A DNA stretch of 64,000 nt from Candidatus Poribacteria bacterium (GTDB lineage Bacteria > Poribacteria > WGA-4E > PCPOR2b): positions 3,168,001-3,232,000 of the forward strand of contig OZ244587.1 of the NCBI GenBank assembly GCA_965218095.1. Direction: 5' to 3'. The notes under the pieces are model-generated. The model was not told where the DNA came from. It searched no databases and worked only from the letters and a program-made list of their open reading frames with translations. Below are positions 21,785-33,165 of the stretch, piece by piece (the stretch's first letter is position 1; each line of letters begins with the position of its first letter). The translations under genes were made by a program, and so were the position numbers.

Positions 21785-22561
21785 ATGGAAAAACCCATCG
21801 TATTTTATAACCATGGACAGCAGCTCATCGGGATGCTGCACATACCCGATAACGGGACATCTCCCTGCCCTGCGGTTGTGTTCTTTCACGGCTTCACGAG
21901 TACAAAAGTTGAACCCCATCGGATATATGTCAAGACCGCGCGAAAACTGGCATCTGCCGGATTTTACGCCTTCCGCTTCGACTTTCGTGGGTCTGGCGAC
22001 AGCGAAGGGGATTTCTCAGAGACGACCATCGGCGGTGAAATCTCTGACGCGATTAAATCTATCGATGTCTTGACAGCGATGGAAGGCGTGGATGCCGAGC
22101 GAATCGGCGTGCTGGGTCTGAGCATGGGCGGCTGTGTTGCCGCCTGTGTTTCTGGACAGGATGCGCGGGTTAAATCGACTGTTCTCTGGGCGCCGTTCTC
22201 CGATGACCCACCGGATCTGGTGCAGATGTTCTTAGCAGGATATGCCGAGCGCCCAAATCCAGATGAGGATTTCGCCGATTATAACGGCAATACGATTGGC
22301 AAAGCCTTCATTGAGGAACTCCCACAGGTCAGGCCATCGCAGGAGATTCAACGATTTTCAGGCCCGTTGCTCATCATCCACGGGGAAGCCGACGAAATGG
22401 TGCCGGTGCCCCATGGACAACGCTATTACGAGTTAGTGAAAGACCGCGATGCCCTGACGGAGATTGCAATCATCCCTCAAGCGGATCACACTTTCAAGGC
22501 AAAAGCCTGGGAGGATGTGGTTATTGCCAGATCTGTCGACTGGTTCAAACGGATGCTCTGA
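21785..22561 (+). CDS. Alpha/beta hydrolase (S9/OsmC-associated esterase type)
   Basis: HGF, RFDFRGSGDSEG, GLSMGG, IIHGEAD, ADHTF. Confidence 0.9.
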   Translation: MEKPIVFYNHGQQLIGMLHIPDNGTSPCPAVVFFHGFTSTKVEPHRIYVKTARKLASAGFYAFRFDFRGSGDSEGDFSETTIGGEISDAIKSIDVLTAMEGVDAERIGVLGLSMGGCVAACVSGQDARVKSTVLWAPFSDDPPDLVQMFLAGYAERPNPDEDFADYNGNTIGKAFIEELPQVRPSQEIQRFSGPLLIIHGEADEMVPVPHGQRYYELVKDRDALTEIAIIPQADHTFKAKAWEDVVIARSVDWFKRML

Positions 22562-22593
22562 TCTGCCTATTCGCTGAGGAGGTTAAATTTGGA

Positions 22594-23486
22594 GGCTCAT
22601 GTAAAAAATGAGTGCAATCGTTCAATAAATCTGCTAAACTGTTGGGTATGGATTTCCCAATACTCAATCTAATTGATGATGAACTGGCAGTCCACTGGTT
22701 GCTGAACCACTTTCATCCCCAAGGGTTGAAATGCCCCCATTGTGGAGCCGGCGTGAAGGCGGCACGCCCCTGCCGACGGACAACAACGAGCCAACTCACT
22801 GTCTATCGGTGTCTTGTGTGCCAGGGCATTTATAACCTCTATAACTCAACGTCTGCCAGGGGGTGCCGAGTGCAAAGCTCGCGGGTGAAATTGGTCTCAG
22901 TCGCCCGACAGTGCTTTCAATATGACGCACGCTTCAAGCCAATGCCCAAGCGATGCAACCCCACCTCCCTCTTGCAGATCGACAGACTGAGACTGACGAG
23001 ATGTTCCAAAACGCTGGGGAAAAAAAGTGAACCGCATCACAATCCGTTAGACCCGCCACGTTGACGAGCCAACAAGCGAAAAGGGGATGGTACCTATGCC
23101 AAGGACCGACCTCCGGTTGTTGGCACTGTGGGTCGGGAGAGTGGTCAAGTAAGACTGGGTGGGGTGCATCAGTTCACCCAAGTTTCCGCCAAGTTTACAC
23201 CGATGAGTGGCAAGGCTACCTGGGTCTCAACTGCTCGCATGCTACCGTTTGCCACGGCAAGCGAGAAAGGGCAAGAGATGCCGAGGCAGATGGGATTCGA
23301 GAAGGCCACACTAATACGCTCGAAGGTCTCTGGACAATGGTTCGCAACTTCCTGCGTCCTTTTGTGGGGTTCACAAGAAGTTCCTTGCCGGCTATATCGC
23401 AATCTGTGAGTTTTCGATTAACCTAAACACATCACCGGTGAGTTTATCTCACAACTCGTGACTTGCACTAACTTTTAACATGAGCC
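22594..23486 (+). mobile_element. Degenerate IS1595-family element
   Basis: 24-bp imperfect TIRs; 8-bp TSD AATTTGGA; CPHC…CLVC zinc finger, YTDEW and HTNTLEGLW split across frames. Confidence 0.85.
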
Positions 23487-23489
23487 AAT

Positions 23490-24908
23490 TTGGAAAAGGG
23501 ACAAAGACAATTGTTTTTAGACGATTATCTAATCGAACGGATTGACGGACTTCGACGGGTAGTCAACCAACCCGAAAAACATCCCAACCAACCCGAAAAA
23601 CATCCGGGGAATCCGATCGTATACCCGGATCAGTATTGGGAGGGCGGGTGCCAGGTGTATGGCACGGCGCTGTTTGACGATGAACGCCGGGTCTTCAGGA
23701 TGTGGTATCTGACCTCGCCGCGAGACCGTGGCTTGAAGCCGCTCAAACTCAACGACCATGAACGCGCACCGCACACGACGCTTTGTGCGTATGCGGAATC
23801 GGAGGATGGGGTACATTGGTGCAAGCCACACCTGGGACAACTTCCGTACGACGACAATGTGAACAACAACCTGATCGACATCGGACAGTGGAATTGCGAA
23901 GGGATTTCGGTGCTTGACGATACCCATGAAACCAATCCAAACTGTCGCTGGAAGGCGGTTTACTGGGACCACGGCTCCGGCGGTGTGACGACGCGCGATG
24001 GTCGCCCCTACTGCGAGCCCGGACCGCATGACGGCTTCTGCGTCGCGTTTTCGCCCGGCGGCCTCCACTGAACGCCATACGCCGGCAATCCCGTCATTCC
24101 GAAGTATTGCGACACGAACCAGAATGTTGTCTGCGACCAACGGTTGGGCAAATATGTCATCTTCAGCAGGCTCGGTTTTGGGCGCAAGCTCGCCCGAAGC
24201 GAAAGCCGGGATTTCATGACCTGGACGGAGCCGCAACTGGTGCTTAAATGTGACGAAGCTGACGGCCCTGACACGCAAATCTACGGCCCTGGCGTGGACA
24301 TCTACGAAGGGCTTTATCTCGCCATGGTTTGGATCTACCGTCAGGGCGGAGATGGCAAGATCGACACACAGCTCGCTTGCAGCCGTGATGGGATTCACTG
24401 GACGTGCGTCGGTGACTAGACAACATGGCTGCCGCTCGGTGATGGCGGCTCGTGGGAAGGCGGGATGATTCGTTCCTGTGAACGCATCATCGTCCGTGAT
24501 GATGAACTTTATATCTACTACTGCGGCGTTCACGGGCCGCATACTGGACCGAAATTTCAGAACGTGGCTCGCAAGCACCGGGTGGCAATCGGGCTTGTCA
24601 CACAGCAGCGTGACGGGTTTGTGTCGCTTGATGCTGGGAATGAGGAGGGATATGTCTGGATAAAACCGTTCGTGCTGCCAAAAGATGACCTGCACCTGAG
24701 CGTCGATGCCAGCGACGGTGAGGTCCGCGTTGATGTCATGGACGAAGGTGGGAACGGGCGCCTGCTACGTTCACAACTGATTACCGGCGATCGACTCGCT
24801 ATTCCCGTCAGGTGGGAGGATGCCGGTTTGAACGACATCACCGGACGAGCTGTACGACTACGTCTCTCCGCGCGAAATGCCAAGCTGTACTCGTACTGGT
24901 TTGAGTAA
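23490..24908 (+). pseudogene. Five-bladed beta-propeller glycoside hydrolase-like gene with two in-frame stops
   Basis: Three ORF pieces in one frame; TGA 24069 and TAG 24417; RQLFLDD, YAESEDGVHW, RDGFVSL, LYSYWF. Confidence 0.85.
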
Positions 24909-25056
24909 AGGTAGAGAGGATCGTCTTGCAGACTGATTTGATCGAAGTATTGGATAATTGACCACCAATTGCGTCCTTAATCAACTGCGATGGCGATACA
25001 TCAGCCTGAAGCCTGAAAATCACGCTCCGCTCGGTGATGTCAAAGGGGAAAATATA

Positions 25057-25683
25057 GTGCAATTACAGCTTGCCCTGGATCTCATCGATAGCCGGAAAGC
25101 AAAACAACTCCTTGAAGAGATTGTTGATCTCGTGGATATTGTAGAGATAGGCACCCCTCTGCTTATGAAGGAGGGCGTGAAGGCTGTCACGGAAATCAAA
25201 AACACCTGCCCGGCGCTCAAAGTCCTAGCAGATCTCAAAATCGTTGATGCCGGCGACCACGAAGCAAAAATAGGCTTTGATGCCGGGGCGGATATTGTGA
25301 GCGTGCTCGGCGCGGCGCATGACATCACGATTCGCCGCGCCTTGAGTCAAGCCCATGCCTGCAACAAGGAGGTAATGGTAGACCTGATAGCGGTAGATGA
25401 TGTCCAGAGACGTTCCCGTGATCTTGATGGAATGGGAGCGAATTACATCTGTGTCCATACCGCCTACGACCTTCAGGCCCAGGGGGTGAATCCCCTGCGG
25501 GAACTCCAGCTTGTCCAGCCTGTGTTGAGGCAGGCTCGGATGGTGGTGGCTGGTGGGATAAAGCCAGAGACCTTGCCGCAGATCGCAACTTATCGTCCGG
25601 GAATCGTCATTGTGGGTGGTTTCATCACAAGCCATCCGGATCCACGTCAGGCAACTCTTGAAATTAGAGAGCTGCTTGGGTAA
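25057..25683 (+). CDS. hxlA: 3-hexulose-6-phosphate synthase
   Basis: LQLALD, EIGTPL, LADLKIVDAG, VHTAYD. Confidence 0.92.
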   Translation: MQLQLALDLIDSRKAKQLLEEIVDLVDIVEIGTPLLMKEGVKAVTEIKNTCPALKVLADLKIVDAGDHEAKIGFDAGADIVSVLGAAHDITIRRALSQAHACNKEVMVDLIAVDDVQRRSRDLDGMGANYICVHTAYDLQAQGVNPLRELQLVQPVLRQARMVVAGGIKPETLPQIATYRPGIVIVGGFITSHPDPRQATLEIRELLG

Positions 25684-25696
25684 AGAGAGAAAGTCG

Positions 25697-26257
25697 GTGA
25701 AGATACAGGTATATATCAGCCAGATACTCGACGAACTGCGCGGAACCCTGGCTTACGTCCCCAACGATCAGGTGGAAAAACTTGCCAATGCTACCATAGG
25801 CGCCCGGCGTGTCTTCGTAGCGGGCGCCGGGCGGTCGGGTCTGGCAATGAAGACCTTTGCCATGCGTCTGATGCATCTGGATTTTGACACCTATGTTGTG
25901 GGGGAGACCATAACGCCAAGCATCACGAGCAGCGATCTGCTACTGATCGGTTCAGGCTCCGGTTCAACCAGCAGCCTCGTGGCAAACGCCAACAAAGCCC
26001 ATGCGATAGGCGCGACAATCTACCTCATAACCATTGATAAAGATTCACCCATTGGTCAAATGGCGGATGTGGTTCTCGCCATACCCGCCCCCTCGCCGAA
26101 GATAGACAAAGACCTCGGTTTTAACTCGGTCCAGCCGATGGGGTCTCTGTTTGAACAAAGCCTCCTGTTGACCTTGGACGCGATCATCCTTCTGCTGATG
26201 GACAAAACCGGGAAAGGCACGACGGCGATGTTTGCTCGACACGCCAATTTGGAATGA
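25697..26257 (+). CDS. hxlB: 6-phospho-3-hexuloisomerase
   Basis: GAGRSG, FAMRLMHL, QPMGSLFEQ, HANLE. Confidence 0.95.
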   Translation: MKIQVYISQILDELRGTLAYVPNDQVEKLANATIGARRVFVAGAGRSGLAMKTFAMRLMHLDFDTYVVGETITPSITSSDLLLIGSGSGSTSSLVANANKAHAIGATIYLITIDKDSPIGQMADVVLAIPAPSPKIDKDLGFNSVQPMGSLFEQSLLLTLDAIILLLMDKTGKGTTAMFARHANLE

Positions 26258-26291
26258 AAAGTGAGGATACCCCGAAAGGACAACCGGCATT

Positions 26292-27221
26292 ATGATCATT
26301 GATGCGCATTCCCACATTTTCCCCGAAGTCCGTGGCTTGGTTGGCGCCGGGCCCACACGTGGTCTGGGTTATGGCCGTATCGCCGTTGGCGATGAAGAGG
26401 TTCAACTGTTGCCACCCTATAACGAGGAAACTGTATTCACGTCGAAAATGCTTCTGGCGAACATGGATTGGGCGGGTGTTGACAAGGTGATTCTGCTCCA
26501 GGGACCGTTCTATGGCGAGTGTAATCTGTATGTTCTTGATGCGCTCAACCGTTATCCTGACCGTTTAATCGGTGCGGCTTACTTCGATCCCTGGGATGCG
26601 GACAGTCGCCAAAAATTTGAGAGAATCACGGCCTCGCCCGGCTTTCGGGCGATCAAACTGGAGTGCTCTGAGGCGACCGGGCTGTGTGGCATCCACCCCG
26701 AAGCTAGGTTCGATATGCCCGACATTGCCTGGTTCTGGGATGAGGTTGAAGGGAGTGGAAGATTGGTCCTGGTACTCGATCTGGGCGCTATAGCCAGCTG
26801 TTCTTATCAGACCGGCGCCGTGCGCGCCATTGCGCAGGAGCATCCAAATCTGCGAATTGTCATCGCGCATCTGGGACAGCCAAATCCGTCGGCTGAAGCG
26901 GATGCGGGACTATGGCGTATGTGGCGAGAGCAGATCAATCTCGGGCGCTTGCCCAATGTGTGGTTTGACACTGCCGCGCTGCCAGCCTACCTACCGGACG
27001 AAGACTACCCCTATCCGAGTGCAGAGCGGTATTTGCGCCTTGCTATTGAACGCATCGGTCCGGCCAAAGTCATGTGGGGTACCGATCAGCCCGGACTTCT
27101 GCACCATCTGAACTATCCGCAACTGGTGAAGTTAGCTAAATTGCACACACAGTTTCTCTCCTCTGATGAGCAAGCGATGGTTCTCGGCGAGAATGCAATG
27201 CGAGTCTATGGTGATGATTAA
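26292..27221 (+). CDS. Amidohydrolase_2 family protein
   Basis: IIDAHSH, VIAHLG, MWGTD. Confidence 0.85.
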   Translation: MIIDAHSHIFPEVRGLVGAGPTRGLGYGRIAVGDEEVQLLPPYNEETVFTSKMLLANMDWAGVDKVILLQGPFYGECNLYVLDALNRYPDRLIGAAYFDPWDADSRQKFERITASPGFRAIKLECSEATGLCGIHPEARFDMPDIAWFWDEVEGSGRLVLVLDLGAIASCSYQTGAVRAIAQEHPNLRIVIAHLGQPNPSAEADAGLWRMWREQINLGRLPNVWFDTAALPAYLPDEDYPYPSAERYLRLAIERIGPAKVMWGTDQPGLLHHLNYPQLVKLAKLHTQFLSSDEQAMVLGENAMRVYGDD

Positions 27222-27305
27222 ATCTTAAATCCGTTATTGTGAATTATACGATTCCAGTGGGGCAAGAAAGGCCTTCTAATCTTACAAAAACGGAAGGTTA
27301 ATAAA

Positions 27306-28421
27306 ATGCGTCGAGATAAGGGAATTCTGGTCGTTGGGTTGGGCGCAATGGGGAGTGCGGCACTGTATCATCTCGCTCGCCGGGAAGCGGCCCCGGTCGG
27401 CATTGAGCAATACGCGGTCGGTCACGCCTCTGGTAGTTCCCACGGCCACTCAAGGGCATTCCGAACCTTCTATCACGATGAAGTATACGTTACCTTGGCT
27501 GAAGCTGCACTGCCTTTGTGGCGGGAGCTAGAAACGCTTTCTGGTGAGCAACTGTTCACGCTCAGTGGCGCGATATTCTTCGCGAAGCCGGGGAACGAGA
27601 GATTCGATCAAAACATTGAGGTCATGCAGGGTTTGAAAGTGCCCTACGAACTGTTGACCGCTGAGGAGGTCACCGCTCGATTTCCTTCGTTTCACCTTCC
27701 GGCGGGGACTGTTGCTTGCTATACACCCCGTTCGGGTTTCCTGGACGCAAGTCGTTGCGTTCAGGCGCATGTGTCACAAGCCCTGCGTTTCGGGGCGACA
27801 GTTCACGCAGGGGTTCACGTTCACCACATTGATGTCAGTAAAGAACGCCCTGAAGTTGAAACGTCAGAGGGACGATATCGCTGCTCGCGGCTTGTCGTCG
27901 CCCCCGGACCGTGGGCTTCTCAAATTCTCGCAAATCTTTCGCTGCCGCTTCAGGTGACCCGGCAGCAGAAGTTTTACTTCCGACCGGAAAACGTAGCAGC
28001 GTACCAGCCACACTGTCTGCCGGTCTACGCAGACTACGACCTGCAATACTACGGCTTCCCCTATTACGGTCCCGGAATCAAGGTTGCTGATGATAAGCGT
28101 GGGGTTGTTACCTCCCCTGAAGATGTCGATCGGACACTCGACCCATATACACGGGATGCGTTGGGGCGGTGGCTTGAAACAATCATGCCCGGAATTGACG
28201 TTTCCTTCGTCGAAGGTGCAACCTGCATGTATACGCTCACGCCGGACCGCGACTTTCTCATTGGTACCCACCCGGAGAATCCGAACATCTTCATCGGAGC
28301 TGGATTCTCGGGACACGGCTTTAAGTTTTCAACCCTCGTCGGCAAGATTCTGGCAGAACTTGCCACTGACGGAACGACGCGCTATCCAATCGAGAGATTC
28401 CGGTTGAGCCGTTTTGAATGA
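27306..28421 (+). CDS. solA: SolA / monomeric sarcosine oxidase-like flavoprotein
   Basis: GLGAMGS, GSSHGHSR, CMYTLTPD, GFSGHGFKF. Confidence 0.85.
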   Translation: MRRDKGILVVGLGAMGSAALYHLARREAAPVGIEQYAVGHASGSSHGHSRAFRTFYHDEVYVTLAEAALPLWRELETLSGEQLFTLSGAIFFAKPGNERFDQNIEVMQGLKVPYELLTAEEVTARFPSFHLPAGTVACYTPRSGFLDASRCVQAHVSQALRFGATVHAGVHVHHIDVSKERPEVETSEGRYRCSRLVVAPGPWASQILANLSLPLQVTRQQKFYFRPENVAAYQPHCLPVYADYDLQYYGFPYYGPGIKVADDKRGVVTSPEDVDRTLDPYTRDALGRWLETIMPGIDVSFVEGATCMYTLTPDRDFLIGTHPENPNIFIGAGFSGHGFKFSTLVGKILAELATDGTTRYPIERFRLSRFE

Positions 28422-28439
28422 ACAATCCCGATCTTTGAT

Positions 28440-28679
28440 CGGGGTTTGTCGTCCCACAAGAGGCAAGGCAAAACTGCCAATGAGTGTACCAATGGTGTAG
28501 AGCGTGCTGGCGAGAGAGCGGTTGAGCCCCAGGTCCGCGATGAAGTCCTTGATAAAGATCGACACCGCATAGGTCTGACCGGGGCTAGTCATAATCATAC
28601 CTAGCGTGCCGACCAACATAATTATCCAGCCGTAGAAAATAGGCAATTTGCTCACAAAGCGGCTGCTCAATTTTTGCAT
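28440..28679 (-). pseudogene. N-terminal fragment of an MFS transporter
   Basis: FYGWII…SPGQTYAVSIF, ends after about 78 codons. Confidence 0.75.
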
Positions 28680-28707
28680 CTATAGCACGATTTCTCTGAA
28701 GAAAAAA

Positions 28708-29700
28708 CTAAGACATCACAAACAGAATTTTGCCCTTGCGACGACTCTGACGCGCATGGATTACAGCATTCTTGGCATCGGTGAGCGGATACGTTTTCTC
28801 AACTGGCGCTTTCAACTTTTCCGCTGCCACCAGGGAGATTAATTGATCAAACATCTCATGAATCTCCCTGGTATCGGCGCGTTTATACCAGGCATTAATC
28901 CAGAAGCCGCGGAAACGGATGTCTTTGAAAATCAGCAGCCCGTTTCCCATCTCTAGGGGCTGAAGCCCCATCGCGCCGTAAGTGACCAATGTGCCGTGGG
29001 TGCCGAGCGATTTGGCTATCTCTTTTGCACTGTCTCCACCGACCGCATTCAATCCAAGTCGCACATCGGTGTCGGCCGTTAAGTCCTGAATCTGTTTGGA
29101 TAAGGGTATTTCATCGGTGACGACGATATCTGCGCCTTCGGCTTGCAGTTCAGCAATCAACTCCTTACGGCGCACGACGTTTACGGTTCGCAAGCCGCGG
29201 AAACGGGCAATTTGAATAACAAACCGACCAACCGCAGAATTGGCAGCGTTCTGAATCAGCCAATCGCCCGGCTTGAGGGTGACAAACGCCTCAAGCATCT
29301 GCCAGGCGGTTGGCGGGTTGACCGATAGCATCGCAGCCTGTTGCAAGGGGATATTATCCGGTAAGGAAATCAAGGTGTCCGCATCAGCGATGTACGCCTC
29401 GCACCAATTGCCCACGCGATCCGGCGAAATAACATATTGACCCACACGAAGATTGGAAACCGCGCTGCCGGTCTGAGCGATGACACCGACGCCTTCGTTT
29501 CCCACAACCGCCGGCAAAGGGGAACGAATCAGATATTTCCCCTCAAGCACGTTGATGTCGGCGGGGTTGAGGGGCGTAGCTTTCACCTCGACCAAGATCT
29601 GGTCGGATTTGATACCGGGTAGCTCCCACTGCTCGACACGCACAACTTCTTCAGGAATTCCATATTCATGGAGACAAACGGCTGTTACTGTTCTTTTCAT
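28708..29700 (-). CDS. MDR-family 2-enoyl thioester reductase
   Basis: PLNPADIN, GNEGVG, VNPPTA, IQNAANSAVG. Confidence 0.9.
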   Translation of the reverse strand: MKRTVTAVCLHEYGIPEEVVRVEQWELPGIKSDQILVEVKATPLNPADINVLEGKYLIRSPLPAVVGNEGVGVIAQTGSAVSNLRVGQYVISPDRVGNWCEAYIADADTLISLPDNIPLQQAAMLSVNPPTAWQMLEAFVTLKPGDWLIQNAANSAVGRFVIQIARFRGLRTVNVVRRKELIAELQAEGADIVVTDEIPLSKQIQDLTADTDVRLGLNAVGGDSAKEIAKSLGTHGTLVTYGAMGLQPLEMGNGLLIFKDIRFRGFWINAWYKRADTREIHEMFDQLISLVAAEKLKAPVEKTYPLTDAKNAVIHARQSRRKGKILFVMS

Positions 29701-29854
29701 TTTACTCCTATTCGAGTTTGGGTTTGACGGATTGAGGTTTTCTTCCTTAGCAACTAACATTATGCAGTGATTGAACCCTTGTTGTCAAGTCTTTCACCAC
29801 ACCACCACACATCACCGGCATTATCACTCGCGTTGCCTCCGTCTGTAAATAAAA

Positions 29855-29896
29855 AAACGCTCATGTTTCACCCGTAAAGGCGTAAACATGAGCGTT
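29855..29896. terminator. Intrinsic terminator after the CocE gene
   Basis: AACGCTCATGTTT…AAACATGAGCGTT hairpin with a U-tract on the minus strand. Confidence 0.6.
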
Positions 29897-29924
29897 GGTC
29901 AAGTAGAGTCCTGATCATTTTTCA

Positions 29925-31604
29925 TCACTGTGCGGGGATGACGGGAAGCAAAATATGCGATGGATATTCACGGGTATGATAGACTGTCTGTCTCGCCGGG
30001 CGCATCTCAGCATCAGTCCCCAACATGTGTCCCGTGTTGAGGTTGCGATCAAAGCGCGGGAAGTTCGAGGAAGAAATCTCCACACGGATGCAATGCCCCT
30101 TGCGGAAAACGTTTCCCGTTACGGCGACGTCGATCCCGTATTCATAGACCTTGTCGGGTTCGAGGAGCGTCGGATTGGTGAAGCTCTCGCGGTAGCGCGC
30201 GCGAATGATACCGTCGCAAAGATTCATCGCGTATCCAGTTGGTGAGACATCCACCAACTTCGCTGTCCAGTCCGTATCGGGGGCATTGGTAGCAGCGTAG
30301 AGGACAACCTTAATTGGGCCTGTCACTTCCACGTCCGCCTCCAGAGGCTCGCTGGTGTAGCAGAGAACGTCGCCGCGCATCTCGACAGGACACTGGTCAT
30401 ACGGCCCCCACGGCACAATATGCGGTGAACAGCAATTGTTCCCACCCATCGTTTGGACGGGATAACGCGGGTCGTAGACAAAGCCATCAGTCGGTTCGGC
30501 CGCCGGCACCTCGGTGGAAAGCCCTCCATCACCGAGCAAAGAGTTGGCTTTGCCGTCGGAATGGAAATACCATTTCTGCCACGTCGTCCGCGCCAGCGGC
30601 CATTCGCCCTCATCCCGCCACTCGTTGATTCCCATGATGAACAGTCGCAATGGGGGCTCATCAACAACCCCATTATCAATTCCCTTGAGCCAGTAGTCGA
30701 ACCAGCGTAGTTCTTCCGATTCCAGGTCGACCATCGAAGGCGCGCCGAAGTCGATGTCGCCGGTACGGGTGGAGGCACTCAAGCCGTGTGGCCACGGCCC
30801 AACGATGATCTTGCTCTGTCGTGCTTCAGGCGTGCGTCCGTGCTGGCGCAAACCATTAAAGTTGATAAAGGTATGCTGGGCGTAAAGGTCATACCACCCG
30901 CCCATGTTGAATGCGGGGATGGCAATCTCACCCCACTTTTTCTCAATGTCCATCGCCTCCCAGTAATCGTCGTAGGCGGCGTGTTCAATCCAATCCTTCC
31001 AGAACTGAAGTTTGCGCCCGGCGAGTTCGTCTATCTCGATGAGTGGCAGTCTTCGGAACGCCTCCGTCCAGTGGTGATACTCGATGCTCTGGGCGGTGCG
31101 TCCATTGGTGCGCATTCCCCAGGTCATCAGCACATTGAGTTGGAACGCGCCGCCGGGATAAACGAGTCCACTGTAAAAATCATTACAGATGACGCGAGGC
31201 GCGATGCAGGTCAGAAACTCGCTGCGATGTGGCGCACTCTGCCACTGCACCAATCCTACATACGACCCGCCCGCCATACCGATTTTTCCGTTGCTCCACT
31301 CCTGTCCCCCAATCCACTCCTGGGTGTCGTAGCCATCTGGGCCATGACCACGAAAGGGGTAATGTTCACCGTCTGAATCCCAGCGCCCTCGCACGTCCTG
31401 AATCACACAGGTATAGCCGTTGTTCGCCAGTCGTCGTCCTTTTTCAATCATTGCGTCCATGTTGTTGCTGTAGGGTGTGCGCATCAATACCGTCGGAAAC
31501 TTCCCGCGCGCTTTCGGAAGATAGATGTCCGCGGATAGATTGACTCCGTCGCGCATTGGCGTCTTTATGTTCAAACGCATTTCCACATCGTAATTAGGCT
31601 GCAT
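29925..31604 (-). CDS. CocE/NonD family hydrolase
   Basis: MRDGV, RTPY, QDVRGR, GGSYVG, GPWPH, SSSNFPRFDRN. Confidence 0.95.
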   Translation of the reverse strand: MQPNYDVEMRLNIKTPMRDGVNLSADIYLPKARGKFPTVLMRTPYSNNMDAMIEKGRRLANNGYTCVIQDVRGRWDSDGEHYPFRGHGPDGYDTQEWIGGQEWSNGKIGMAGGSYVGLVQWQSAPHRSEFLTCIAPRVICNDFYSGLVYPGGAFQLNVLMTWGMRTNGRTAQSIEYHHWTEAFRRLPLIEIDELAGRKLQFWKDWIEHAAYDDYWEAMDIEKKWGEIAIPAFNMGGWYDLYAQHTFINFNGLRQHGRTPEARQSKIIVGPWPHGLSASTRTGDIDFGAPSMVDLESEELRWFDYWLKGIDNGVVDEPPLRLFIMGINEWRDEGEWPLARTTWQKWYFHSDGKANSLLGDGGLSTEVPAAEPTDGFVYDPRYPVQTMGGNNCCSPHIVPWGPYDQCPVEMRGDVLCYTSEPLEADVEVTGPIKVVLYAATNAPDTDWTAKLVDVSPTGYAMNLCDGIIRARYRESFTNPTLLEPDKVYEYGIDVAVTGNVFRKGHCIRVEISSSNFPRFDRNLNTGHMLGTDAEMRPARQTVYHTREYPSHILLPVIPAQ

Positions 31605-31819
31605 AATGTTTTCTCCTTGATACCTAAAGCGTGAAACGTAAAACGTAATGAATCTTGAACTTTTATCAGGTTAGCATAAATTTGCGAATCTGTCTAAAGA
31701 TTTATGTGCGTATTGCATGATGCGTCTGATTTTTCACGTTTTATGGTTTGCGGGTTACGGAAGCTTTATCCAAACCCCACGTATCCCCCACGTAAGAAAT
31801 TTGGATGGTCTCCGAGAAG

Positions 31820-31896
31820 CCTTGGCTTTGGGCGTGGACGAGCTCCGGACGCATCCCGTCCCAAGCGACAATCATAATTCGTTCAGCTTTTCCCAT
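31820..31896 (-). pseudogene. Stub of an alkaline-phosphatase-superfamily gene
   Basis: MGKAERIMIVAWDGMRPELV, then similarity is lost. Confidence 0.5.
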
Positions 31897-32194
31897 CACT
31901 GCCTCCCCTCCATCTGTGAATGCGTTCGTCTGATTGTAACACGTCTGCTGACTCAAATCAATCTCTATTCGTTAAACAAACCTTTGCGTGAGCTATTTCG
32001 TCAAATTTGCATCAGAAGTTATTCACTTGATACCGGTCAGGCGCCGCTCGACCTGAATCTGGTCTCTTGATCAGGATACAAGATTCAGGTTGCAGATTGA
32101 AGCGCAACGGAAATTCCGATCCATCGGAATGAACCGTGAACGCATTGGGGCCAACTGCGAACTCCATCAGATGAAAATAGGAGGAAACATAAAC

Positions 32195-32524
32195 ATGAAA
32201 GATAAGTTGCCTGATATTCTCGAAAATGTGATTCGAGAATATCCTGACGTATGGAAAGCCTATCAAGACTTAGGCGAAACGTGTAATAACGCCGGTCCAC
32301 TTGACGAAAAAACGGTACGGCTGGTCAAGCTCGCGCTTGCAATCGGGGCAAAGTCAGAAGGGGCTGTGCACTCGCACGCACGCCGTGCCTTGAGACAGGG
32401 AATCACGCGTGAAGAACTGCAACAGGTTGCCTTACTTTCGATCACGTCGATTGGCTGGTCATCCGGCATAGCGGCGCTTTCCTGGATTCAAGATGTCGTT
32501 GATAAAAGTGCGCCCAAAAGCTAA
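32195..32524 (+). CDS. Carboxymuconolactone decarboxylase family protein
   Basis: GPLDEKTVRLVKLALAIG…EGAVHSHARRA. Confidence 0.9.
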   Translation: MKDKLPDILENVIREYPDVWKAYQDLGETCNNAGPLDEKTVRLVKLALAIGAKSEGAVHSHARRALRQGITREELQQVALLSITSIGWSSGIAALSWIQDVVDKSAPKS

Positions 32525-32729
32525 ATGGCTCCGGTTTTTTCCTTGAGATCCGAAGCAACCGGTGCTACACTCTCGTAGCCTTTGACGAGCAATTGCTCAC
32601 TCGGAACCATGGAAATTTAAGGTTCATGTGATTTTCATGCAGTAAGGTGCGAAGATAGAGTTTTTGCACGCCGAATATGGATTCCGAAGGATGAAACACT
32701 TGCAGGGAAAAGATCGCTAGGAGGTAGCC

Positions 32730-33095
32730 ATGAACGTTAATCCTGAAATAGCCGAACTTCGACAACTCGTTCAAGAAACGGTCGAAATGGTCGAACAAAA
32801 TGCAAGAGACAATGCATATTTGCGTGGTGCATTCGAGCAAGTAGACAAACGCCTTGATAACCTCACGCAAACGGTGGATCAACGCTTTGGCGATTCCACC
32901 GAATCTGTCAATTAACGCTTCAAACAAGTGGACGAACGCTTTGAACAGATGGACAGATGTTTTGAAAACATCGAAGCGCGGATTTCTGGTGTTGAGAGCC
33001 AACTTAACTCACAACTGCGGTGGATTATTGGGTTGATGGCGCTGATGTATCTGGCACTCATCGCTTTAATTGTCAAGGTATTTCTCGGTCCGTAG
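32730..33095 (+). pseudogene. DUF1640/BDR-like coiled-coil protein with C-terminal TM helix; TAA at 32913
   Basis: xDxRFxxx repeats; frame continues to LRWIIGLMALMYLALIALIVKVF. Confidence 0.7.
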
Positions 33096-33165
33096 GACAT
33101 CACCAAATTGATGACCAAACAAAACAATCGACACAAACACATCAACCTACAGAGAGGCATAAAAC

